A stretch of 64,000 nucleotides of DNA from Selaginella moellendorffii (taxonomy: Eukaryota; Plantae; Lycopodiophyta), in NCBI RefSeq assembly GCF_000143415.4, contig NW_003314275.1:498759-562758 (forward strand), given 5' to 3'. Positions 38,165 through 48,599 of the stretch are shown here, piece after piece; the first letter of the stretch is position 1; each line of letters opens with the position of its first letter. The notes beneath the pieces are model-generated. The model saw only the letters and a list, made by a program, of their open reading frames with translations. It was not told the DNA's origin and made no database searches. Made by a program: the position numbers and the translations under genes.

Positions 38165-41100
38165 ATGGCATAGCCACCCTTAGCTTGACTTCAGCTCCAT
38201 GTTTTGCAAAAGGCGAGTGATCTACTGACCTTCTCAGGTGTTGGAACAGTCTCTCCAACATCGCATATCAGTCGCTTTGATTACTACTGCACCACAAACA
38301 TGATCATCGATGATGATTGTATGTGCCGCGACTTTTTACAGTCTCTTGAAGGCAAAGCAGCAACTTGGGCAAATTCTCTCCTCTTAGAGGACCGGAAAGA
38401 CTTCCAGACACTACTTGCTTCTTTCAGAGAACGCTTCGTTCAGGAAAAACCCACAAATCAGCTACTTGTCGACCTCTTTTCGTTCTGGCAGGGTGCTCAC
38501 GAGTTTGTTCCTGACTACATCACCCAGTTTTTAGCATATTGGAAGTAGTGTTGGGATCATAGAGTAGTCCAAGATGAGCAACAGGGGATCACTGCATTCA
38601 CAGCAGGTTTGCGTAGGAACTTGCAGCAGAAACTTCTTAAAAAGACATTTAGGTCTTGCCGTGAGGCATTTTTGTTTGCCACGAAGCTGGAAAGAGAGCT
38701 TCTGGTCGACCTGGGGATTGCTAGAGTTGATTTCAACCAAGCCATCATCCCATGAGAGTCACCTTGTGCAATTGTTCGCCCGTCCACACCAAAGCCCGTC
38801 CCTATTGAGCATACACCTCCAGCTCTTGAGAACTTTGCCAATGAGATGTGGCAGCTAAAGGAGATCATTCTTCAGCAGCAATCACACCATGACAAATTGC
38901 TCCAGGAGCTAGTGGAGTCCAGGAAAGAGGCCGCTACAGTTCAGAAACATAGATTTAAGTCCTGTTGGTGCACTCACTGCGAGACAAACACACACAACAC
39001 GCAGTGCTGCTTCAAGCTTCACCCAGAGCTTCGGCCTCCATCTTCTCAATGTGTCCAACAACATCCCTTCGTTGATAATTCCACATCGTCTCAAGGTCTA
39101 AAGACATATCAAGAGCAGTTGGAGCGACAAGCAATTGAAGTAGCCCCTTTGTCAAGTAAAGGCAAGGCACCAGCCTCATCGGTCAACACAATTTTGGTAG
39201 CCGAGGAACTCTATAGGCAACAGTAGCAAACTGCAGCCACTTAAGCCCAAGCAAAGAAGAAGGTAGCCGCTCAACTTGCCATAGATCCCCCAACGCCAGT
39301 TGAGAGCGAATCTCCGTTGGCACCAAATCCAATGATACAGAGGGTGGCTTGTAAGCTCCCCTTCAAGTCACTCTCTTCTCCTCTGAAGATCTCACCAACA
39401 GCTATTCCTGTTTTGGAGCTAGTTCTTCAACAGCTGGTTGACACTCCTATCACTTTTTCACTCCGAGACATGTTGTGTCTTGTCCCGGGTTTCGGCTAGT
39501 GTTTAGAAGAGTTTGCACAGTCAGGAACACCAAAGAGCACTCTCAAGAGGACTCCTCAAGAGGTAAACATTGTCAACATGACAAGATATGGTGGAGACCC
39601 TGGTCCATTCTTCGTCCCAGTGCAGATTGGTACTTCCTTTTGTAGGGTGGATGCTTTGGTGGACTCTGGTTCTGGAAGCAACATTATCTCTCTCAAAACT
39701 ACCCTTTCAACACAGCTACAAATCACTGAGAGCTCCTCCATCATGCTCAAGACCTTTGCCAACCACACTATTCCTCCAGCAGGCATTTGCTGTGGTGTCA
39801 AGGTCTCTGTGTAGGGTGTTATTTCTGAGGTGGATTTCCTCGTGGTTGACTACCAATGTGTTGGAACGTCCTCTTTGAAGGACTCTATCATCCTTGGCTG
39901 CTCATGGCAAGTCGCAGCTCATTGCACCATTGACAGCGCAAAAGGCAAGATGGAAATTAGCGATGGAACCCACAGCGCCACCTTTATCAACAACCATGGT
40001 AGGGCTCTTTCTCAGCAAGCCCAGCAGGCTTAGAATAAGATGGCCTCTACACTATACTTTCCTCCTGAGCTCACAGAGGTTTTTCCTAAGTTGGCGGTCG
40101 AGTCGACCATCTATATGACGGATGCTTTCTCATGCAATGCGGTTGACATGGTTGGAGGTGAGTCAGGTAGCCCGAGACATCTCTTAGCTTCCCTCTCTTT
40201 ATTTGAGAGTAAGGCCAAGCCTCTAGACAGGACCTCTTTATTTGATGGTGGGGCTTATAGAGTATGGGCTCCCATATCCAACTTTTCAGAGTGTTTCTCA
40301 ATAGAGGAAGGGCTCCTTGATTCGTTTCTTGCATGGGACCGACTCTCTCTTATGGAGCTTGATGACACAGTCACTCCAAACCAGGCCCATCTTTCACAGG
40401 ACACAGCTGAACTCAATTCTCCTTAGCAACTATCTGCGGTGTCACATAGCCAGCATCTTCCTACTAAAATCGTGGTAGCTGACAACTCCGAGTGTATTTT
40501 GTCATGCCATTTTTTGGAGACGGAGGATGACATCCAGAAACACAATTGGGAGAAAGAATCAAGCCAATCAGACGTGCTGCATGCGAGTTATCACTTTTTG
40601 AGTTCAAAATTTCCTATTGTGGAGCTCCCGGTCCAGATCCAAGTGTATTACACCGAAACTTCAGCATCAGACTTGGACTCGACTTTAGTGGAGGATCTTC
40701 CTTCACTTGCAGAGTACTTGGCTACAGTCCTTGCATTGGACATCCAGTACTCAAAGCATCAGAAGCAAAGGGAACAACAGACAAAGACTCCGGATCCAAC
40801 AGCAGAGTTCTTGCCTGACTTGCCAGAGACAGTCTTGCCGGATGTGGTGTCCCCAGCATCTTTATTTGACAAAGAGGACACTCAAATGATTACAGCTTAA
40901 TTTGGCGGTGCTTTCTGCCCCAAAACCTAGGTTGCTTATATTGGAGTTTGGATGATTGATTCGGCAGAGAACAAAGTAGCTGACCTCTCTATCACTTTGC
41001 CAGTGACATCAACCAATGAAGCAGAGTACTTGGCAGCTATCAGTGCCATGAAGTTGGCCACAACTCTCAAGTTTAGGCGTGTCACTTTCGTTGGAGATGC

Positions 41101-44100
41101 GCAACTCATCATACCCCAACTTACTGGGGAATACCAAGTCCACAAAGAGAACCTGAAAGAGCTATGGCAGCGGGCAATCAACCTGAAGGATGAGATCTCT
41201 CAGGTGACTTTTCAAAGTGTCCCTCATGAAAAAAACTTTTGGGCAGATAGGTTATCACATCAAGCAATCACCATGATGTGAAAGGCAAAAGGCACTCCTT
41301 GCTCTTTTGTTTCCAAGGTCAGGGAGGAATCAAAGATAGATGAGCCCCCTAAGCTCAAGGTTTCTCCAGACTCCAGGGTTCATGCTGTTTTCCTGGGTGA
41401 TGACAAGGACTTAGTCTTTATCGCCACATTGCTTGCTCCAACAAATGCAGCTAAGCTCTTGGATCTCCTTCACTGTTTCAAGGATGTGTTTGCTTGGGAC
41501 TACAACCAGCTTCCAGGAGTTCCCATGGACACAATCATGCACAGTATTGTGCTTTCAAAGTCAGCCAAACCAGTCCATCAAAAGATGCGGCATTTCAGCC
41601 CAGCAGCTCACTCAGAGATGAAGTTGGAGATCGAGCGACTTCTGGCAGCCGGCTTTATTTACCCTTTGGAGAGCTCAAAGTGGGTGGCCAATCTCGTTCT
41701 TGCATGCAAGGCAAATGGAAAACTCTACCTTTGCGTTGACTTTCGAGACTTGAACAAGGCAACTGCGAAGGATCACTTTCCAACTCCATTTATCGATGCG
41801 ATTGTGGATGAGATGGCTGGACACTGGTACTACTCTTTCATGGATGGCTTTTCAGGGTACAACCAGATCTTCATTCATCCAGATCATCGAGATCTTACAG
41901 CCTTTCGGACACCATGGGGCATCTTTGCTTTCAACGTCCTCTCGTTTGGCTTGTGTAATGCCAGAGCTACTTTTGAGTGCTTTATGACCCACGCTTTTCA
42001 CGACTTGATTGGAGGCACCTTGAGGGTGTATATGGATGATCTATGCAAGACCTTTGACTCCTTTGAAGATCACCTTGTGCACTTAGAATAGATCTTCACT
42101 TGCTGCCGACAACACAGGTTTGCCTCCCATTCATTCAAGGAAACTGAGAAGAAGTACGTGGATGCAGAAAAAGAAGCAGTAGCTGTTGTTTACACCTTAG
42201 AACGATTTTGTCACTTTCTTGCTGGAGCCCGTATCCATTTCCACATCTATTTTAATGTGCTGACATTTCTTTTATAGCGATTAGTTCAAAATCCTCGTAC
42301 TTTATCTTGGATTGTGACTATCCAAGAGTTCCAGCAAACTTTCCACATGTGGCAGAAGCGTGTGATGGATCCGAGTGAGTTCCTAGTTGTTGAAGCTACT
42401 TCCTTTGTGGTCCCTGCAGCATTACAAGACATTGCAGTGTACCTGGATTCAGGTCAATTCCTAGCAGATTCTTCACTAGTGCAACAAAACGCATTGGAGA
42501 TCCAAGCACGGGGGTTTTGCCTTATCGACAGACACCTTTATAGGAGAAGTTCTCAAGAAGTTTTGTTGCGGTGTGTGAGGGAACATGAGGTCCCTGTGCT
42601 CCTTCGTGCTTTCCACTCTTGTGCAGGGCATTTCTCGGGATGGGTCACAACACAGCTCCTCTTGCGTCATGGCTACTTTTGGCCTCAAATTCACCAGGAC
42701 AGCTTGGCCTATACAAAGGCATGTGAGCAGTGCCAACGGTTCAACCCCTGGAGCCATGTTCCACGTCTTTCTTTCCAGCTCATCACTTCTCCGGGTCCCT
42801 TTTTCCAGTGGGGACTTGACTTCGTCGACCCGATCAACCCACCGAGCTCAAAAGGATAACGATACATCATCGTGGTGACGGACTATTTTATGAAAGGGGT
42901 TGAGGCCACCCCTTTGCAACAAGCAGATCAACAGTCTATAGCAAAGTTTTTCTACAAGTACATTATTTGTCGATTCGGAGTTCTTGCCGTTTTGATTTCT
43001 TATCATGGCAGCAGCTTCCTTGGACAGGTGATGCCGGTTCACAGTCCTTGTACTTTATGTTGGATTGTGACCATCCAAGAGTTCCAACCAACTTTTCACA
43101 TGCTGCAGAAGCGTGTGATGGATTCGAGCGAGTTCCTGGTTGCTGAAGCTACTTCCTTCGTGGTCCCAGCAGCATTACAGAACATTGCAATGTACCTAGA
43201 TTCAGGTCAGTTCCCAGCAGATTCCTCACCAGTACAACAAAAGGCAGTGGAGATCCGAGCACGGGGGTTTTGCCTTCTCAACAGACACCTTTACAGGAGG
43301 ACTTCTCAGGAGGTTTTGTTGCGGTGTGTGGGGGAACATGAGGTCCCTGAGCTCCTTTGTGCTTTCCACTCTTGTGCAGGGCATTTCTCGGGACGGGTCA
43401 CAACACAGCTTCTCTTGCATCATGGCTACTTTTGGCCTCGGATTCACTAGGACAGCTTGGCCTATGCAAAGGCATGAGAGTAGTGCCAACGGTTCAACCC
43501 CCAGAGCCATGTTCCACGTCTTTCTTTCCAGCTCATCACTTCTCCGGGTCCCTTTTTCCAATGGGGACTTGACTTTGTTGGCCCGATCAACCCACCGAGC
43601 TCAAAAGGACAGCGATACATCATCGTGGCGACGGACTATTTCACAAAATGGTTGAGGCCACCCCTCTGCGACAGGCAGATCAATAGTCTATAACAAAGTT
43701 TGTCTACGAGTACATCATTTGCTGATTTGGAGTTCCTACTATTTTGGTTTCCTATTGTGGCAGTGGCTTCCTTGGACTGCAGGTCAAGTTATGTGAAGAG
43801 CAACAGCTATTATCTTGAGTCAATGGCCAGGCAGAGTCCAACAACAAGATAAGACAGTCATCTCAAAGCTTGTGGAGGATCACCCAAGGCGTTGGCACGA
43901 GCACTTGGTTACGGTGTTATGGGCCTTTTGGACGTCCTTCAAGACATCCATCTTAGCAACCACATTCTCCCTTGTCTATGGGACAGAGGCCGTACTTCCA
44001 GTGGAGATCCAAGTGCCATCCCTTTCACTTTCACTTTGATATGCAGCAGTGATGCAGCTTAGCGATGAGGACAAGCTTCATACACGTGACTTGGAGGTTT

Positions 44101-44345
44101 TTGCCTTAAAAGAACAGCGATGATCCACGATTGAACATCTCCTTCAAGGCAAGCAGAAGATCAAGTCCTTCATTAATCACCAACAGTCTACCAAACCATT
44201 CGGGGATGGCGATCTTGTTCTACTCAAGGAGCTCCCCTCGCTGGACTAGCCCCTACTTTGTCTAACGACACATTGGAGATGAAGCATATGTGCTAGTTGA
44301 TTTTGATGGATGTGAGCTCCCACCTCAAACGCTTCATCTAGTGAG
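38165..44345 (+). pseudogene. Tat-like gag-PR-aRH-RT-(RH)-IN, degenerate, with an RT/RH deletion and a ~750 bp tandem duplication
   Basis: FLQSLEGKAATW (gag), CTHC..HNTQCC, LVDSGS (PR), aRH motifs, SFMDGFSGYNQ/YMDD (RT) and WGLDF (IN). Confidence 0.9.
40890..41281 (+). pseudogene. Additional (archaeal-type) RNase HI domain
   Basis: STNEAEYLAAI..VGDAQLII.QLTGEYQV..VPHEKNFWADRLS, typical RNase HI/aRH motifs. Confidence 0.88.
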
Positions 44346-44710
44346 GCGTTCCTCTTCTCTTCTTTCTGTTTTTCTTTTTCTTCCTTTCTTTCACTTTACT
44401 TTCATGGCTACTTTTCTTACTTTCAAAGGGTGTTTTTCCATTGGACCGTGGCCTATACCTTGGATTTCACGCTCAGGCTGCATTGTCGTTTGTATGGAGG
44501 TTCCTCACTTGGCTCGGTCTATGTTCCAGGTTCTTTGGCCCTTCCCTTACCATTACTACACCTACACATTCCCCTCACTCATTCCATATCATCTACCTTG
44601 TATAAACCCCTTGTCCCACAAGGGCAAGGGGGAGCATTTTTGCGAAGAGCAGTGAAGCATTTCTCGTGTTTAAGCGAGCGTTGGGGGAGGTGCCCCTTCT
44701 TCCCCCAACA

Positions 44711-45235
44711 CCAGGATATGACAACTTTATAGACATCATCCCAAATGTGATTGACTCAGACGTTCTTCACCCAGCGTTCCTTAGTTATCGACATCATTCA
44801 GTCACAGCCATGCAGATCTTGTTAGAGTTATTCTATCTGCCAAAGGGGATTGTGCTTGATGCTACAACAGGATTTGGGTCAATGGTGCAAGCAGCAAAAG
44901 AGACAGGCCAAGCTGTTTTTGCACTTGAGAAGGAGGGTGCCTTTGAGGACATTCTTAGGAGATTTTGCAACAAGTGATATTAGTGCTTGAAATAATCTAT
45001 AATATTTATTCTCAAATATTTCTATGTCATTAGGTCTACATTTATCACACACAGTGTTTTAGTCCACACGCTTGATCTTGATGATATGGATGATCATATG
45101 GACCGAAGTCAATTCCACTTACCTATTTATGCTGAACATATGGCACAACATTACATACAACACAAGCCTATAGTGAAGGAGCATTCCGCTATACCCATTT
45201 TTGCTTTTCTGGATATGGAAGCAGAAGAAGATTGA
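44711..45235 (+). pseudogene. 3' part of the DNA amino-methyltransferase gene (motifs X-I-II) plus a probable last exon
   Basis: HSVTAMQILLELFYLPKGIVLDATTGFGSMVQAAKETGQAVFALEKE matches the KP..L..LI......G..VLDPF.GSG....AA...GR..IG.E pattern. The putative last exon ends FLDMEAEED*. Confidence 0.8.
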
Positions 45236-45435
45236 ATATATTTGGATTTTAATATAAATTATGTTGTTTAATATATTATTTTCTTTCTTTCTAGACTAAA
45301 AGATTAGTTCATGTCAAACTAATAATCTACATGAGCTTATGGAATACCTTAAACACCTAGATTCTATATTAAAAATTCTTGGTTCAGGATGAACTAAGGT
45401 AGTGCCATTAAACTTTTGCTAGTTAGGGGATTGTA

Positions 45436-45472
45436 TTGACTTCCTTTGACTTTTATTGACTTTCATTGACTT
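45436..45472 (+). repeat. Four TTGACTT motifs at exact 10-bp spacing (candidate transposon subterminal repeats)
   Basis: TTGAC at 45436, 45446, 45456 and 45466. Confidence 0.75.
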
Positions 45473-45501
45473 GAGCTCAACTCAAAAACTACTCAGCCTC
45501 T

Positions 45502-47632
45502 TTAATGATCCAGCAGGTATTGGACCAATTCCAACATACTATGCTAGAGGAGCTACCGGCAGAGTTGCCCCCCGCACGACAGATAGAACATAAGATTGAG
45601 CTAGTTGAGGGTGCTAAGGCGGTGGTTCATCCCCCCTATCATTTGCATAAAAAGGAACTCGAGGAGCTTAAGTGCCAACTAAAAGAGTTGATGGACAAAG
45701 GGTATATTAGATTGAGCAAGTTGTTGTATAGGGCGCTAGTGTTATTTGTGAAAAAGAAAGATGGATCTATACGTCTGTGCATAGACTACTAGTTGCTCAA
45801 CAAGTATATAAAAAAGAACAAGTACCCTTTGCCAACGATTGAGAACCTATTCGATACGCTGGGAAAGGCAAAATACCTCTCAAGAATTGACCTAAGGTCA
45901 GGATACTACCAGATCAGGGTAGTAGAGGAAGATGTCAAGAAGACAACCTATCGGACAAAGTATGGGAGGTTTGAGTTTCTGGTGATGCCCTTTGGGCTGT
46001 GCAATGTAACGGCAAGATTTTTGGTGTTGATGAACCACATCTTGTACGCTATCTAGATCACTTTGTGGTTGTCTATTTTAATGACATCCTAATATATAAA
46101 GAGACACTAGAGGAGCATGCCGAACATTTGATGAAGGTGTTTGAGAAACTAAAGGAACACAAGTTGTATGCTAAAGAGAGCAAATGTGACTTTGCTCAAC
46201 AAAAGATAAAGTTTCTCGGGCATATGGTGGGCAAGGATGGGCTCAAGGTGGACCCTGAGAAGGTCTAAGCGATCCAGGAATGGGAGCGACCATCGAATAT
46301 ACATGAGTTGAGGGCGTTCCTGGGGCTATGCAACTACTACTACAAGTTTATCAAACACTATTCGAGAGTAGCTCTACCCTTAATGGACCAAACAGGTAAA
46401 GGAAAGATGGTATGGACAACAGAATGCAAGGTGGCTAAACCCTAAACCGGTCCACCTCAAAAGGAAGTTGAGGAAGACTCCCATGTTGGTGTTACCAGAC
46501 TTTGGTAAGGACTTTGAGGTAGAAATGGATGCTTCAGACTTTGTGTTGGGTGCAACTTTGAAGCAAGACAACCATCCAGTGGTGTTCTTCTCAAAGAAGT
46601 TGGACAAGGCTCAGCGAGAGTGGCCTGCCCACAAAAAGGAATTGTTTGCGATGGTCAAGGCACTCAAGGAGTGGCAACACTACCTTGGGAGACACTTCAA
46701 AGTTTACATGGATAATATGGCAACAAAACACTTCTTGTTAGAACCTGATCTGAGAGGGAAACAGGGTCAGTGGGCCAATGCTATGGCCAAGTTCAATTGC
46801 AAGATTTTGTATAAACTTGGGAAGAGCAACATTGTGGCGAATGCTCTAAGTCGAAAAGCAAGCTTGAAGTTGGTGATATCTAGCACGACAGTAACCTTTT
46901 GGGATAATATGCAGACAACATATAAAAATGATAGTGTAGCACAAGAAGTGTTGCTAAGGAATCAAGAGGCGTGGGATGCTCACCAGAGAGGTGAGCTACC
47001 AACAGAAGAGAAAATAAGTTATACAAAACCCAATAGACTCATCTATTATAAGCAAATGAGGGTGTATGTTCCAGAAAGGGAACTAAGGAAAGTAGCCTTA
47101 GAAGAGTGTCATGATGGACCTCTTGTGGGACATGGCGGAGTGCCTAAGACGATGGGTTTACTCAAGAGGAAGTATCACTGGAATAGGCTTAACAAAGGCA
47201 AACCAAATACACAAACCAGAAGTGTCGGGATGTAGAGTTTAGATCTGGGGAGAAGGTGTAGCTGAACACCAAGAACCTAAACCTACCAAGTGGGATCAGC
47301 CGAAAGTTGATCCAAAGGTAAAAATGCATGTATTCCTGGAAATGAATAGATCTTTAAGTAGGTTTGCGGGGCCTTACAAGATTGAAATACGAATTTGTAA
47401 AGTGGCTTACCGCCTCCAACTTCCTTAAGAGATGGGGAAGATGCACTCAGTGTTCCATGTGAACTTACTCAAGTTATACTTTGAGGATCCACTTCGCAAG
47501 GACCAAGTAAAACCTTTACCTAAGGTTATCCAAGGCAAAAAGGAATATGAAGTTGAGGCCATCCTCAATGCACGCAAGAGCAAGTGACAAGGACGCGAGG
47601 TGAAGGGGTTCCATGTGAAGTGGAAAGAATTT
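45502..47632 (+). pseudogene. Chromovirus pol fragment (RT-RH-partial IN-truncated chromodomain)
   Basis: [35 protein letters not shown] and EYEVEAILNAR..HVKWK. Confidence 0.88.
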
Positions 47633-48264
47633 AATAATAGGTTTGAGCGGAATAAAGATATTCTCGTCATTTCCACATTGCAAAGCAACATGGGAACTGA
47701 AGGAGAATCTAGCGAACGCGCAAGATCTAGTGGAGGAATTTCTACAAAACAGAACTCTATGTACTTATGCAAAGTTTAATTAAAGTATCAATTTGTGAAG
47801 TTGAGCAATGACATATATTGGGACCCGAAGGTGCACCGAAGGTAAGCTAATTAGCATGGGTTAACTAGGTCGACCAAGCGTACGAAACTATGCCCAACTC
47901 TCCGTAGGGATGTCAAATCCACAGATGTATTCTACAGAGGTTGTGTTCGAGTCCCAACCCTCTAGTATAGCAAGGCTAGGTTCAAGTCCCAACCCATATT
48001 AGGGTGTAGTGAGGGGAGGGGTATAGGGACACCTATATTCCATTGTCATGGGCTCTTGGCTAGGGAGGCTAACTTAGACACACCACTAAGTGAAGGGATG
48101 CCCTTGGAGACATGGTCAACAAGTCGTAGGATTAAAACGAGGTGTTCAATTTGGGTATTGAACTTCTTTTATGGGTGGTGGAGCTGTAAGAAACCAAACT
48201 CCCCAAGGTGTCAAAGGCTAAAGGATCCCTAAAAGTATGACCAAAATGGTAAACACTTTATCGG

Positions 48265-48592
48265 ATGAGACCGAGTCCGAGATCGAGTTCGAGGCCGACT
48301 TTAAGACCGAGTTCGAAGCTGAGTCCAAGATCGAGTCCAAGACCGACTCTGACTGAGTTCGAGACTGAGTCCGAGATCTGATATTGGGTCCAAGACCGAC
48401 CCCTAGACTGAGTTCGAGACTTAATCCGAGACCGAGTTCGAGACCGAGTCCGAGATCCGATATTGGGTCCGAGACCAAGTCTGAGATCGAGCTTGAAATA
48501 GAGTCTGAGGTCGGGTCTGAGATGGAGTCCGAGATCGAGTTTGAGACCGAGTCCAAAGTCGAGTCCGAGATCGAGTCCGAGACCGAATCCGA
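48265..48592. repeat. GAGACCGAGTCC-type 6/12-mer minisatellite
   Basis: Visible periodicity; it explains the low-complexity ORFs here. Confidence 0.9.
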
Positions 48593-48599
48593 ATACTAA

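Larger units (their letters stand above)
31637..44710 (+). mobile_element. Tat-like Ty3/gypsy element with an additional RNase H between protease and RT (decayed)
   Basis: 5' LTR 31637-31817 + 36720-36725, split by a nested element. PBS at 36728. Partial 3' LTR ~44590-44710 ending CCCCCAACA. Flanks CTAG/CCAG are a probable 4-bp TSD with one C>T change. Confidence 0.88.

Noticed and set aside
44666-44710. N-terminal 15 aa of the 44666-44977 ORF
   Set aside because: Derived from Tat 3' LTR sequence, not part of the methyltransferase.
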